A DNA stretch of 64,000 nt from Alcaligenaceae bacterium (GCA_012839585.1 DUNB01000082.1:21445-85444), one strand, 5' to 3'; shown: positions 9,319-19,874, counted from the stretch's first letter. Made by a program: numbers and translations. Notes: generated by a model from the letters alone, not told the origin.

Positions 9319-10722
9319 TTATTTTCCTAAAGCGACACGAGGGGTTAGTGGGACTCCTGCACTTTTTTTCATAAGCAAAGGCATGAGGGCCAAAGGCACC
9401 AGAGCCGTTGCAGCAAACGCCATCAGATAAACCGATGAGCCAACTGCCGGAGCGATAGGAGTCAAAATAAACAGGACTGGAATATTAACCACCACGATGG
9501 CTAGATTATAAAACGCCAACTCTTTTGCGACCGAAGTACTAAAGTCCGCATCAACAAGACGCAGTAGCAAAAGACCTGTACCTGTAGAACCTGTGCAGCA
9601 ACCAAAGGAGGTCAAAGCACGCTCTGGCGCTAGTTTTCCACTGAGTTTGGCTGTGTACCAGCAAAGAATAAAGGTAGCGATGGTGACCGCCACAGTCACA
9701 AGCAAAATAGGAGCTAATAAGGCATACAAAACGGCAAAAGAGATACTCATAATGGTTCCTACCACCATGAAATCCACTGAAGCCCCGGTAATACGCTTAA
9801 GTGTTTCATCGTCTACGTATTGTTCTAGCCCTGCTTTGTCGATGAATAAACGCATCAATACACAAACGCCTAAGCCATGAACAAAAAACATGTTATGGCT
9901 AAATAGCACCGAAATTTGTATCCCAAAAGGTGCTTGCCCTGCGATCACACCCTGCATCAGCTTTAGCCAAACATGCGTAATCGCATAGGCCAAGCCAAGC
10001 AAACCCAAATGCCACCCCATGCTATCCATGTTGGCGCTGTGGGTGACTAAGCGGGTAGAGCTCTGTCCTTTTTTAGGCTGGAAAAAGCCAGATAAAAAGG
10101 TCTCGTCAATCGAGGAATTTTTATTTAAATTTTCTCCTCTGCGAATCACACCTCGTGCCGCAGGAACCCCTACGATAAAGGCCACTAAGAATCCGAGCGA
10201 GGCGTAGATTAGACCCACCTGTGCTGCATTCATAATGCCGTATTCTTTTTCCCAAATACCACCAAAAGTTAAGGCCTGCCCCGGTCCCTGAGTAAAGCCA
10301 TGCGTGATCAATGCCCCCAGAAACGGTCCGACTTGGCTACCTGTCACGGCGTCATAGGCCACGATTAAGCCATAGCCTATCAACGCTTGAAAACCCAAAC
10401 TGGAGGTCCAAATCAATGTCAGCCAGGAGCCACCCTTGACGATGCCCTCTCCTTCTAGCGATTTATCTTTGCTGCTCCCTGTTAAACACAAGGACATAAA
10501 ACTTAGGGTGAAGAAGTGAAAGGTCAACAGGTTAAAATCCACTGGTTTGTAGTTTGGGATCAGCCCAAACGACAGCAAAACAAAACCTATGCCACCTCCT
10601 ACAATGCTGGCGGGGACCAACGATTTTTGCAATAAAGGTATTTTTTTACGCAAAACACCCCCTAAAAACAGCATGGTGGCCATTAGTGCAAAAGCAATAA
10701 TGCCATGAAATGAGCTCTCCAT
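9319..10722 (-). CDS. sodium:glutamate symporter (GltS/ESS) family transporter
   Basis: 467-aa polytopic membrane protein. LRKKIPLLQKSLVPASIVGGGIGFVLL, THGFTQGPGQALTFGGIWEKEYG and FGCCTGSTGTGLLLL align by eye with the corresponding E. coli GltS segments. Confidence 0.6.
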   Translation of the reverse strand: MESSFHGIIAFALMATMLFLGGVLRKKIPLLQKSLVPASIVGGGIGFVLLSFGLIPNYKPVDFNLLTFHFFTLSFMSLCLTGSSKDKSLEGEGIVKGGSWLTLIWTSSLGFQALIGYGLIVAYDAVTGSQVGPFLGALITHGFTQGPGQALTFGGIWEKEYGIMNAAQVGLIYASLGFLVAFIVGVPAARGVIRRGENLNKNSSIDETFLSGFFQPKKGQSSTRLVTHSANMDSMGWHLGLLGLAYAITHVWLKLMQGVIAGQAPFGIQISVLFSHNMFFVHGLGVCVLMRLFIDKAGLEQYVDDETLKRITGASVDFMVVGTIMSISFAVLYALLAPILLVTVAVTIATFILCWYTAKLSGKLAPERALTSFGCCTGSTGTGLLLLRLVDADFSTSVAKELAFYNLAIVVVNIPVLFILTPIAPAVGSSVYLMAFAATALVPLALMPLLMKKSAGVPLTPRVALGK

Positions 10723-10957
10723 TACGTCCCCTCTCTGCGAGTTATTTCTAGTTTTAGATTACGTCTCAAAAGTTGAGAACTAAAGCTATTATCGGAGCTA
10801 GCTCATCTGGCATACATAGGTATTAACACCACTAAATCTCATAAAATGAGACAAAAACAATAAGTTTACAAAAAAAGAGCAAAAAATAGGTGAGCGCACG
10901 CAATACTCAGATATACAAAAAATCGAGACAAAGCACTAAATATATACAGTTCAAACA

Positions 10958-10993
10958 GAAAAAAAGCCGCCGTATCCCTTGAATACGACGGCT
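10958..10993 (-). terminator. rho-independent terminator after the aldehyde dehydrogenase gene
   Basis: On the minus strand, AGCCGTCGTAT-TCAAGGG-ATACGGCGGCT is followed by TTTTTTT. Confidence 0.7.
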
Positions 10994-11036
10994 TGAGCGA
11001 CCGCTTTTCGACTACTAGGCTACGTGCCCTTTTACA

Positions 11037-12536
11037 TCAATCCCCAAACTGAATCCCTTGGGCCAATGGTAGCTCCTTGGAATAGTTCACGGTATTTGTG
11101 GCACGGCGCATGTAGACTTTCCATGAATCAGAGCCTGACTCACGGCCACCACCGGTTTCTTTTTCACCACCGAAGGCACCACCAATTTCCGCACCAGAGG
11201 TACCAATGTTGACGTTCACAATACCGCAATCCGAGCCCGCGGCAGAAAGGAAGGTTTCTGCTTCGCGCAGATCATTGGTAAACACAGCGGATGACAAACC
11301 TTGCGGCACATCGTTTTGTAACGCAATAGCTTGCTCATAATCACTGTAGCGCAATACATAAAGAATAGGCGCAAAGGTTTCACTGCGCACAATATCGGTT
11401 TGATCCGGCATCTCTACCAAGGCCGGTGAGACATACCACGCATCCGGATACGTATCAGCTAATTGACGCTCACCACCATAGACCGTACCACCTTGCGCTT
11501 TGGCCTGCTCAAGGGCTTTTTGCATCGCGTCAAATGCGTCTTTATCGATTAATGGCCCCACCAAGGTGCTGGCATCCAATGGGTTGCCAACCGTTGCAGA
11601 ACCATAAGCTTTACGCAAGCGAGCAACCAGCTCATCGGCCACACTGTCGTGCACGATCAAACGACGAGTGGAGGTACAGCGTTGTCCTGCCGTACCCACC
11701 GCACCAAATAAAATGCCCCGAGCAGCGAGATCCAAATCCGCTGACGGCGTCACGATAATGGCATTGTTACCACCCAGCTCTAGCAAAGAGCGACCAAAGC
11801 GTGCCGCTACACGTGGCCCTACCTCGCGGCCCATTCGAGTGGATCCGGTCGCGGAGACCAATGCGACGTCATGGTTATCCACCAAACGCTCACCCAAATC
11901 TCTTTCACCAATAATGACCTGTGACAACCCCTCGGGGGCATCACCAAAACGGGCCAATGCGCGCTCAAATAACGCCTGACAAGCCAGAGCCGTTAGCGGG
12001 CTTTTCTCTGAAGGTTTCCAAACCACGGGGTTACCACAAACGATGGCCAAGCACGTATTCCAAGACCACACCGCCACAGGGAAGTTAAAGGCAGTAATCA
12101 CGCCGACCACACCTAGTGGATGCCAGCTTTCCATCATACGGTGACCGGGACGCTCGGAGGCAATCGTCAACCCATAAAGCTGACGTGACAAGCCCACCGC
12201 AAAGTCACAGATATCGATCATTTCCTGGACCTCTCCTTGGCCCTCGGCAATGATTTTTCCAGCCTCGTAAGACACCAAACGCCCTAAGGCCTCTTTTTCC
12301 TTGCGTAGCTCTTCGCCTAACAGACGAATTAACTCACCGCGACGAGGTGCTGGAACAGTACGCCATGCTTTGTAGGCCTCTTTAGCCCGCGCAACGGCAG
12401 CATCCACATCCTCTGGTTGGTGCATTGTGAGTTCACCAATCAATTGCCCATCAATAGGGGAGTGAACCGCTAAGGAGCCGCCCTTAACTTGTTTGGGATC
12501 TACCCCTAAGCGGTCTAACAATTGCTCAACTTGCAT
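11037..12536 (-). CDS. ALDH7-type aldehyde dehydrogenase (alpha-aminoadipic semialdehyde / piperideine-6-carboxylate dehydrogenase-like)
   Basis: 499 aa. Long stretches match my memory of ALDH7A1/AmaB: ITAFNFPVAVWSWN, FGRSLLELGGNNAII, GTAGQRCTSTRRL, ETFAPILYV and GIVNVNIGTSGAEIGGAFGGEKETGGGRESGSDSWKVYMRR. Confidence 0.85.
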   Translation of the reverse strand: MQVEQLLDRLGVDPKQVKGGSLAVHSPIDGQLIGELTMHQPEDVDAAVARAKEAYKAWRTVPAPRRGELIRLLGEELRKEKEALGRLVSYEAGKIIAEGQGEVQEMIDICDFAVGLSRQLYGLTIASERPGHRMMESWHPLGVVGVITAFNFPVAVWSWNTCLAIVCGNPVVWKPSEKSPLTALACQALFERALARFGDAPEGLSQVIIGERDLGERLVDNHDVALVSATGSTRMGREVGPRVAARFGRSLLELGGNNAIIVTPSADLDLAARGILFGAVGTAGQRCTSTRRLIVHDSVADELVARLRKAYGSATVGNPLDASTLVGPLIDKDAFDAMQKALEQAKAQGGTVYGGERQLADTYPDAWYVSPALVEMPDQTDIVRSETFAPILYVLRYSDYEQAIALQNDVPQGLSSAVFTNDLREAETFLSAAGSDCGIVNVNIGTSGAEIGGAFGGEKETGGGRESGSDSWKVYMRRATNTVNYSKELPLAQGIQFGD

Positions 12537-12623
12537 GACTGTTCCTCATAAGAAATTAGCAATGACATCGTTCATTGGCTTCGTGTTGGGCTAAGACTAC
12601 TATTTTCATTTTAAGAATATCAC

Positions 12624-12641
12624 TTTCTAATTAGAAATTTC
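12624..12641. promoter_or_regulatory. overlapping perfect palindromes TTTCTAATTAGAAA and GAAATTTC in a divergent promoter region
   Basis: Read directly from the sequence. They lie in the AT-rich 237-bp gap between the divergent ALDH7-type and FAD-oxidoreductase genes. This is a candidate operator; the binding protein is unknown. Confidence 0.4.
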
Positions 12642-12773
12642 ATTGATGCAGGGAAAACACTAAGCGATTTTATTTCGAATAATGAAAATAATGAGAGTTC
12701 ATAAAAAATCATTTTTATTCATCAGCGACTCTTCCATCATTGCGAAAGCATCCTTACTCGGAGTTCGTAGTCT

Positions 12774-13958
12774 ATGTCGGCTTCTCATTACGATGTCATC
12801 ATTGTGGGCGGTGCTGCAGTAGGTAGCGCAGCGGCTTATTTTCTTACTGCTAATCCTGATTTCAATGGCAGCGTCTTGGTCATAGAAAAAGATTTCACCT
12901 ACCAATATTGCGCTACTACCCTGTCGGCAGCCTCTATACGCCATCAGTTCTCCACACCAGAAAACATCCAAATGTCCCTATTTGGAACCCAATTTCTGCG
13001 AGACTTTGCCACAACGATGCAAGTGAATAACGACAGTCCAGATCCTGCTTTCCACGAAGGGGGTTATCTCTTTTTAGCGAATACAGACAGCGGCAAGCAC
13101 ATTCTGCAACAGAACCTCGTTACTCAACTCAAAGAAGGTGCTGACTTGGCGTTGTTAGATCCTGCTGAAATTAAAGCGCGTTTCCCTTGGCTACATACCG
13201 AAGACCTCACAGCCGGTACGCTGGGTTTGAGTGGCGAGGGCTGGCTCGATGCCTATGGCATGATGCAAGGCATGCGCCGCAAAGCCATCGACCAAGGGGC
13301 TAAATATTTACAAGCTACCGTGGTAGATGTAGAAAAACAGGGGGCTAAAGTCACCGGAGTCCTCTTAGATAATGGCGAGCGCTACAACTGTGGTCAGCTC
13401 ATTAATGCTGCCGGTTTAGGCGCCCGTCAGCTCAGTGAAAACATGGGCATCACTATCCCGCTTGAATACAAAAAGCGCTCCGTCTTTTATTTCCAAAGCC
13501 CTGTTGAACTGCCTAATTGCCCTATGACCATTGATCCTACAGGTGCCTACTTTAGGCCCGAGGGAGATGGCTACATTGCCGGCATCGCCCCCCCAGAAGA
13601 TCAAGATCCGGAATGCACTGATTACGAGCCACAACACGAATTATTCGAAGAGTTGTTATGGCCCATTCTCGCCGAGCGCGTGCCCGCCTTTGAAGCGTTG
13701 CGTTTAATACGCAGCTGGGCGGGTCATTACGATATGAACACGCTCGACCAGAACGTCATCATTGGTTTACACCCTGCTATTCACAACGTGTTTTTTGCTA
13801 ATGGCTTTAGTGGCCATGGCATGCAGCAAGCGCCGGCCGTTGGTCGTGCGTTAAGCGAACTCATCATCTACGGTCAATTCAGAACACTGAACCTACACCG
13901 TTTAGGGTGGGAGCGCATCTTAGAGCAAAGGCCCATCATTGAACTAAACGTCGTTTAG
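12774..13958 (+). CDS. FAD-dependent oxidoreductase (DAO family)
   Basis: 394 aa with the N-terminal dinucleotide fold YDVIIVGGAAVGSAAAYFL and a C-terminal ANGFSGHGMQQAPAVG, typical of DAO/sarcosine-oxidase-like enzymes. Confidence 0.8.
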   Translation: MSASHYDVIIVGGAAVGSAAAYFLTANPDFNGSVLVIEKDFTYQYCATTLSAASIRHQFSTPENIQMSLFGTQFLRDFATTMQVNNDSPDPAFHEGGYLFLANTDSGKHILQQNLVTQLKEGADLALLDPAEIKARFPWLHTEDLTAGTLGLSGEGWLDAYGMMQGMRRKAIDQGAKYLQATVVDVEKQGAKVTGVLLDNGERYNCGQLINAAGLGARQLSENMGITIPLEYKKRSVFYFQSPVELPNCPMTIDPTGAYFRPEGDGYIAGIAPPEDQDPECTDYEPQHELFEELLWPILAERVPAFEALRLIRSWAGHYDMNTLDQNVIIGLHPAIHNVFFANGFSGHGMQQAPAVGRALSELIIYGQFRTLNLHRLGWERILEQRPIIELNVV

Positions 13959-14035
13959 GGCCAATGCGACCAGGCGTGTGGTGGCACAACTCAATCACAT
14001 CACCACATGCTTTTCCGAAAACCGAGGAGACAACC

Positions 14036-15157
14036 ATGAAAAAAAGTTTACGTCTGCACGCTGTTGCGCTTGCATTAACGTGCGCTCTGCCTTTTGGCTT
14101 GCAAGCTAAAGAGGTGGTGAAGATTGGAGTTGCCGGACCGTTTACAGGCGCTAACGCGGCCTTTGGTGATCAGCTTTGGATTGGTGCCACCGCCGCCGCT
14201 AAAGCCATTAACGATGCGGGTGGGATTAATGGCAAAGAATTGGTTCTGGTAAAAGCCGATGACGCGTGCGAGCCCAAACAAGCTGTAGCCGTAGCGAACC
14301 GTCTGGTGGATGAGGATAAGGTAGATGCCGTTCTAGGCCATTTCTGCTCCTCTAGTACGCTACCCGCCTCTGAGATCTATGACGATGCAGACATTATCTC
14401 AATGGCAACCGGATCGACTCACCCCGATGTAACCGAGCGTGGTCTTCCTACTGTTACTCGTATTTGTGGTCGCGATGACCAACAGGCCACCGTGATTGGT
14501 GACTTTATTTCCAACACCCTGAACGCCAAACGCATCGCTGTTATTCATGACAAAGACACCTACGGCCGTGGTCTAGCGGAGAGCACTCGCGATGTGGTGA
14601 AAACCCACGGTACCGAAACCGTTCTGTTTGACGGCGTAAACCGCGGTGAGCGCGACTACAACGCATTAGTGACCAAGATCCGTGCTGCTGAAGTAGATGC
14701 CGTGTTCTTTGGTGGACTCTACGCCGAGGCGGGTACGCTGGTACGTCAAATCCGCGAGCAAGGTCTAGAAATGCCTTATGTGTCTGATGACGGTATTGTG
14801 GATCCTGCCTTTGTGACCTCTGCGGGTGGTCCACAGTATGCCAAAGGGGTGTACATGGGCTTCCCACGTGATCCACGCAACATGGAAAGCAGTAAACCCG
14901 TTATCGAACAGCTCTCCGCTGCTGGTCAGAAATCCGATGGTTTCACCCTTTATGCCTATGCAGGTATCCAAGCACTGTCCGCGGCTCTGGCCGGCACAAA
15001 CAGTAAAAGCGGTACTGAGCTAGCCAAATGGCTAGAGAACAACGCGGTGGACACTGTTCTAGGTCGTAAAGAATGGGATGCCAAAGGTGATCTAAAAGAA
15101 CCCGATTACGTGATGTACCAGTGGGATGACAAGGGCGGCTACGGCGAGCTCAACTAA
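14036..15157 (+). CDS. livK: branched-chain amino acid ABC transporter substrate-binding protein (LivJ/LivK type)
   Basis: Signal peptide MKKSLRLHAVALALTCALPFGLQA. DDACEPKQAVAVANRLV and GHFCSSSTLPASEIYDD closely resemble E. coli LivJ. The track start 13964 is rejected; the ATG at 14036 follows GAGGAG. Confidence 0.85.
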   Translation: MKKSLRLHAVALALTCALPFGLQAKEVVKIGVAGPFTGANAAFGDQLWIGATAAAKAINDAGGINGKELVLVKADDACEPKQAVAVANRLVDEDKVDAVLGHFCSSSTLPASEIYDDADIISMATGSTHPDVTERGLPTVTRICGRDDQQATVIGDFISNTLNAKRIAVIHDKDTYGRGLAESTRDVVKTHGTETVLFDGVNRGERDYNALVTKIRAAEVDAVFFGGLYAEAGTLVRQIREQGLEMPYVSDDGIVDPAFVTSAGGPQYAKGVYMGFPRDPRNMESSKPVIEQLSAAGQKSDGFTLYAYAGIQALSAALAGTNSKSGTELAKWLENNAVDTVLGRKEWDAKGDLKEPDYVMYQWDDKGGYGELN

Positions 15158-15172
15158 TCTTCCCATTCGTTT

Positions 15173-15200
15173 CCTACATCGAGTTACGGCTCGATGTAGG
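15173..15200 (+). other. intercistronic hairpin between livK and livH
   Basis: CCTACATCGAG-TTACGG-CTCGATGTAGG forms an 11-bp perfect stem with no U-tract. This is typical of the stabiliser or partial attenuator found after binding-protein genes. Confidence 0.5.
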
Positions 15201-15232
15201 ACTTAGCCGTATCGGTAACAGGAGACTTACTC

Positions 15233-16150
15233 ATGGACAGCTACATTCTGGGCCAACAGCTGATTAATGGTTTAACCCTTGGCTCAATCTATGGCTTAAT
15301 TGCCGTGGGTTACACCATGGTCTATGGCATCATCGGCATGATTAACTTCGCTCATGGTGACATTTATATGGTGAGCGCTTATATCAGTGCCATTACCTTG
15401 GCGGTGTTGACCTTCTTCGGCATTCAATCGGTGCCCTTTGCCCTGATCACCACTCTGATTGTCACGATGATCATCACCGGACTGTATGGATGGTCTATAG
15501 AACGTACCGTGTATCGCCCCTTGCGCGGCACCACTCGCCTGGCCCCCCTGATTACCGCCATTGGGGTTTCTTTGGTCCTACAAAACTACGTACAACTGGC
15601 ACAAGGTCCCAACGTACAAGGTGTTCCCACCTTAATTGAAGGCAGCCTACGCTTAGGCAGCGCCACCGATTTCGTACAAATCAAATACATGAATCTGATC
15701 ATTATCGTGGTCAGCTTCATTGCCATGGCCGCACTCACTTGGTTAATTCATAACACCAGCATGGGGCGTCAGTCCCGCGCCACCCAACAAGACAGAAAAA
15801 TGGCCACGATGCTGGGTGTCAATACCGGTCGTGTTATTTCCCTGGTGTTTGTGATGGGCTCAGCCTTAGCCGCGATTGCAGGGGTGCTGGTCACCATGAA
15901 CTACGGTTCTTTTGACTTTTATGTGGGCTTTATTATTGGCATCAAGGCCTTTAGTGCTGCAGTACTAGGCGGCATCGGATCCTTGCCTGGTGCAATGTTA
16001 GGTGGACTACTACTCGGCATTTTAGAGTCCGTGTTCTCAGGCATGGTCAGCACCGATTACAAAGACGTATTCGCCTTTAGCATTTTAGTCTTGGTCTTAA
16101 TCTTTAAGCCCAGTGGCTTACTGGGACGCCCCGCTGTAGAGAAGGTATAA
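15233..16150 (+). CDS. livH: branched-chain amino acid ABC transporter permease
   Basis: 305-aa membrane protein of the LivH pattern ([18 protein letters not shown]). Confidence 0.85.
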   Translation: MDSYILGQQLINGLTLGSIYGLIAVGYTMVYGIIGMINFAHGDIYMVSAYISAITLAVLTFFGIQSVPFALITTLIVTMIITGLYGWSIERTVYRPLRGTTRLAPLITAIGVSLVLQNYVQLAQGPNVQGVPTLIEGSLRLGSATDFVQIKYMNLIIIVVSFIAMAALTWLIHNTSMGRQSRATQQDRKMATMLGVNTGRVISLVFVMGSALAAIAGVLVTMNYGSFDFYVGFIIGIKAFSAAVLGGIGSLPGAMLGGLLLGILESVFSGMVSTDYKDVFAFSILVLVLIFKPSGLLGRPAVEKV

Positions 16151-16152
16151 CT

Positions 16153-17664
16153 ATGAATACGCTTGCTCACTCTTCCGCTTCACCGGTCACACAGTCTTCC
16201 ATCAATGTCTTGCATTCATTTAAAGATGCACTGACAGCAGGTGTACTCACCCTGATCGTTCTAGGCCCTATCACCAACCTCGTTCTTGATCAGTATGATT
16301 TTAATTTTATGCCTTGGCGCGAACCTGTTTTTCTAAACGGGATCTACATGGCGTTGCTGGTCTTTATTGTACGTTTTGTGGTGTCACTGCTGGCTCAGAG
16401 CCGGCAAGGAGCTCAATTTCTCTCTCTATTTAGTCGCGCCACCGACAACGGCGTACAAGTCGAATCACGCCAAGCGCCTCCCACCAAAAAGACACTGACT
16501 GTTTTAGGTAGCTGCTTGGCGGCCAGCGCCGTGCTCATGTTGTTGGGCTTTAGCGGCATGATTCCTATAGGAGCTGCCTCCGCCCTCGTGCTCATGGTGT
16601 TGTTTACCTTATTCGCTTATGGCATCAGCATTCCCAAACCAAAAAATCAAGCCAACAGCTGGCGCTACCTGGTGCCCTTACTCTTTATCCTCGGTTTTTT
16701 ACTCCCCATTGCTCTGAATCATTGGCAGCTCTTACCCAAGGTTTGGCTAAGCAACCTGACCCTTGCCCTAATTTATGTGCTGCTCGGCTTAGGTCTTAAT
16801 ATTGTGGTGGGCATGGCGGGGTTACTTGATCTGGGCTTTGTGGCTTTTTACGCAGTGGGAGCTTACTTTTTAGCTTTAGGTTATCAATATTTTGATATGG
16901 GCTTTTGGACGGCCTTAGCCTTGGCGCCTATTTTGGCCGCCATCAGCGGTGCTATTCTCGGCTTTCCGGTCTTGCGTATGCATGGTGACTACTTGGCCAT
17001 AGTGACCTTAGGTTTTGGTGAGATTATCAGACTGGTGCTGACTAGTTGGGCAGATGTTACCGGAGGTCCTAACGGTGCCTCAGCCCCTAGTCCGACCTTG
17101 TTTGGTTTAGAGTTCTCACGCCGTGCCAGTCAAGACGGACAGACTTTTCACGAATACTTTGGCATTCCCTACAGCAGCGACTACAAATCTCTTTTTATCT
17201 ACGTCATTTTGTTCTTGATGGTGGCCATTTCCTTGCGCTTTTTTAATCGCTTGCGTTATATGCCACTGGGCCGCTCTTGGGAGGCATTGCGTGAAGACGA
17301 GATTGCCTGTCGTTCCTTGGGGATTAACCACGTTAACGTCAAATTATCCGCTTTTATGATGGGGGCAGTAGCGGGCGGTTTTGCTGGCGTGTTTTTCGCT
17401 GCCTACCAGGGCTTTATTAACCCCACCTCTTTTAACTTTTTTGAATCCGTACTGATTTTATCTATTGTGGTGTTAGGTGGCATGGGCTCCATGCTAGGGG
17501 TGATTATTGCCGCCCTGGTGCTGACCTTGTTACCAGAGCTATTACGTGATTTTGCCAACTATAGGGTATTGGTCTTTGGTGTGCTTATGATTCTGATGAT
17601 GATTTGGCGTCCTCATGGATTAATTCGTGCCCGTCGCCCGTCTTTTGCAGGAGTGAAATCATGA
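16153..17664 (+). CDS. livM: branched-chain amino acid ABC transporter permease with long N-terminal membrane extension
   Basis: 503 aa. The C-terminal two thirds match the LivM core ([28 protein letters not shown]). Its stop overlaps the livG ATG (ATGA). Confidence 0.8.
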   Translation: MNTLAHSSASPVTQSSINVLHSFKDALTAGVLTLIVLGPITNLVLDQYDFNFMPWREPVFLNGIYMALLVFIVRFVVSLLAQSRQGAQFLSLFSRATDNGVQVESRQAPPTKKTLTVLGSCLAASAVLMLLGFSGMIPIGAASALVLMVLFTLFAYGISIPKPKNQANSWRYLVPLLFILGFLLPIALNHWQLLPKVWLSNLTLALIYVLLGLGLNIVVGMAGLLDLGFVAFYAVGAYFLALGYQYFDMGFWTALALAPILAAISGAILGFPVLRMHGDYLAIVTLGFGEIIRLVLTSWADVTGGPNGASAPSPTLFGLEFSRRASQDGQTFHEYFGIPYSSDYKSLFIYVILFLMVAISLRFFNRLRYMPLGRSWEALREDEIACRSLGINHVNVKLSAFMMGAVAGGFAGVFFAAYQGFINPTSFNFFESVLILSIVVLGGMGSMLGVIIAALVLTLLPELLRDFANYRVLVFGVLMILMMIWRPHGLIRARRPSFAGVKS

Positions 17665-18488
17665 CCACAACCTCACAACCCTCTGTACTCCTGAGTGTAG
17701 AAGGCCTAACACAACGCTTTGGCGGCATTATCGCCAATAACAATATTAGCTTTGACGTTAAAAAAGGTTCTGTGACCGCGTTGATTGGTCCAAATGGCGC
17801 AGGTAAAACCACAGTCTTTAATTGCATCACCGGCTTTTATCAGGCCACCTCCGGTACGATCCGTCTTTACCAAGAGGAGGGCAAATCCATCACCGTTGCT
17901 CAACTACTCAATCGCCCCTTTGTGGGTGGCTCCTATTTGGTCGCCCGAGCAGGTATTGCTCGTACCTTTCAAAACATTCGTTTATTCCAAGACATGACGG
18001 TTTTAGAAAACCTCTTAGTCGCGCAACATCGCCATTTAGATGGCAATCTTCTACGCGGCATGTTGGCCACGGTAGGCTTTGAAAAACGCGAGCAGCACGG
18101 TGTAGAGGTGGCCATGGAGTGGTTACGCCAATTGGATTTGGCGGAGGACGCCAACCGCCTGGCCGGAGAGCTTTCCTATGGTCGCCAACGCCGCCTTGAA
18201 ATTGCGCGCGCCATGTGCACCAACCCAAAGCTCATCTGTCTTGATGAGCCTGCAGCAGGCCTTAACCCGGCCGAAACCGACAGGCTATCTGAGCTTATTT
18301 ATATGCTGCGTGACCAACATGACGTCACAGTGCTACTCATCGAACACGACATGGGCTTAGTGATGGAGATCTCTGACCATGTGGTGGTCCTAGACCACGG
18401 CGAGGTCATTGCCAATAGCTCCCCAGAAGAAGCTCGCCAAAACCCCAAAGTGATTGCTGCTTACTTAGGTACGGAGACCATTGAATGA
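17661..18488 (+). CDS. livG: branched-chain amino acid ABC transporter ATP-binding protein
   Basis: Walker [10 protein letters not shown], signature [14 protein letters not shown] and Walker [11 protein letters not shown]. The ATG at 17661 overlaps the livM stop; the upstream track start 17604 is rejected. Confidence 0.85.
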   Translation: MTTTSQPSVLLSVEGLTQRFGGIIANNNISFDVKKGSVTALIGPNGAGKTTVFNCITGFYQATSGTIRLYQEEGKSITVAQLLNRPFVGGSYLVARAGIARTFQNIRLFQDMTVLENLLVAQHRHLDGNLLRGMLATVGFEKREQHGVEVAMEWLRQLDLAEDANRLAGELSYGRQRRLEIARAMCTNPKLICLDEPAAGLNPAETDRLSELIYMLRDQHDVTVLLIEHDMGLVMEISDHVVVLDHGEVIANSSPEEARQNPKVIAAYLGTETIE

Positions 18489-19210
18489 ACCACCCTTTAT
18501 TAGCTATTCGAAATGTTTGCAGTGGCTATGGCTCCATCCAAGTGCTACACGATGTCAGCCTGGATGTGTATCCGGGGGAAATTGTCACCCTCATTGGAGC
18601 CAATGGCGCAGGAAAGAGCACCCTGCTAATGAGTGTTTTTGGTGATCCTAAAATCACCCAAGGTGAGGTGATTTATGATGGCATTCGACTGGATCAGCTA
18701 GAACCCCATGAAATTGCCAAACAAGGTATCGCCCAAGTCCCCGAAGGGCGCCGCATCTTTCCTGCCATGACCGTAGAGGAAAACATTATTATTGGCACGC
18801 TGCCCATCGGCATGGAACATGCGGATCAAGATAAAGCCGATATGTTCGCCCTATTCCCACGCCTTAAAGAGCGTCGTAATCAACGAGCTGGAACGTTGTC
18901 CGGTGGTGAACAACAAATGCTTGCCATGGCTCGCGCCTTGATGTCTAGACCTCGTACAATATTATTGGATGAACCAAGTCTTGGCTTAGCCCCACTAGTG
19001 GTCAAGCAAGTCTTCGACATCCTCAAAGACATTACCAGTTTGGGTAAAACCATATTTTTAGTCGAGCAAAACGCCTTTCACGCGCTCTCTCTAGCTAACC
19101 GTGCTTACGTGCTCGTCAATGGACGTATTTCCATGACCGGCAGTGGTGCCGAGTTACTTGCCAACCCCGAGGTCAGAGATGCCTACTTAGGTGGTAAGAA
19201 AGTACGTTAG
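18485..19210 (+). CDS. livF: branched-chain amino acid ABC transporter ATP-binding protein
   Basis: Walker A GANGAGKST, signature LSGGEQQMLAMARA and Walker B ILLDEPSLGL. Its ATGA overlaps the livG stop. Confidence 0.85.
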   Translation: MNHPLLAIRNVCSGYGSIQVLHDVSLDVYPGEIVTLIGANGAGKSTLLMSVFGDPKITQGEVIYDGIRLDQLEPHEIAKQGIAQVPEGRRIFPAMTVEENIIIGTLPIGMEHADQDKADMFALFPRLKERRNQRAGTLSGGEQQMLAMARALMSRPRTILLDEPSLGLAPLVVKQVFDILKDITSLGKTIFLVEQNAFHALSLANRAYVLVNGRISMTGSGAELLANPEVRDAYLGGKKVR

Positions 19211-19253
19211 GCGCTCATTCGCTCGTCTTTTTTGTATTAAAGGACTATTTATA

Positions 19254-19847
19254 GTGACTCTAAGTGCCATAAAATCTGGCGCCACAGCTCTGGCCGATCG
19301 CTTGCGTAGCTTACGTCTACAACGCGGTTGGACGTTGGACCAGGCCAGCAAAGCCAGCGGTGTAGCTCCCTCCAGCCTTTCAAAAATAGAAAATGGTTTA
19401 AGCTCGCCCACCTATGATGTTTTACTGCGCTTAGCCCGCGGTTTCAATCTAGACGTTGCCGAGCTCTTTGTTCCGGCCCAAGAACACATGGGTGCTGGAC
19501 GTAGAACCATTGAACGCAAAGGCAATGGAGAGCGACACGAAACCCCTATGTACGAACACCTCGTACTCTGCTCACAACTGGCAAATAAACGCATGATGCC
19601 ATTTATTACGCGCATCAAAGCCCGCGGCGTTACCCCAAACGAAGGTTGGAGTCGCCACGAAGGTGAAGAATTTGTTTATGTATTAAGCGGGGAAATAGAG
19701 CTGCATACCGAGTTCTATCAACCCGCCACGCTTAGTCCAGGTGACTGCTTTTATATCGATAGCCGCATGCAACATCGGGTCATCAATGCCACAGATGAAG
19801 ATGCCTCCGTAATGTGGATTAGCACCAAACCTGATCTAGTTGAGTAA
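19254..19847 (+). CDS. XRE-family transcriptional regulator with C-terminal cupin domain
   Basis: HTH segment LRLQRGWTLDQASKASGVAPSSLSKIENG and cupin segment GEEFVYVLSGEIELH...GDCFYIDSRMQHR. The start is uncertain: GTG at 19254 after AAGGA, or ATG at 19191 overlapping livF. Confidence 0.7.
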   Translation: MTLSAIKSGATALADRLRSLRLQRGWTLDQASKASGVAPSSLSKIENGLSSPTYDVLLRLARGFNLDVAELFVPAQEHMGAGRRTIERKGNGERHETPMYEHLVLCSQLANKRMMPFITRIKARGVTPNEGWSRHEGEEFVYVLSGEIELHTEFYQPATLSPGDCFYIDSRMQHRVINATDEDASVMWISTKPDLVE

Positions 19848-19874
19848 ACCCATTTCCCCACGGGAGCCATCGCA

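Noticed and set aside
12699-12971. 90-aa minus-strand ORF spanning the divergent promoter and the 5' end of the FAD oxidoreductase gene
   Set aside because: It overlaps the FAD-binding N-terminus of a well-supported gene and the AT-rich operator region. It has no homology signal or RBS.
19191-19847. XRE-family gene considered as the antitoxin of a toxin-antitoxin pair
   Set aside because: It has a C-terminal cupin sensor domain and no small partner ORF beside it. That layout is typical of metabolite-responsive regulators, not of TA modules.
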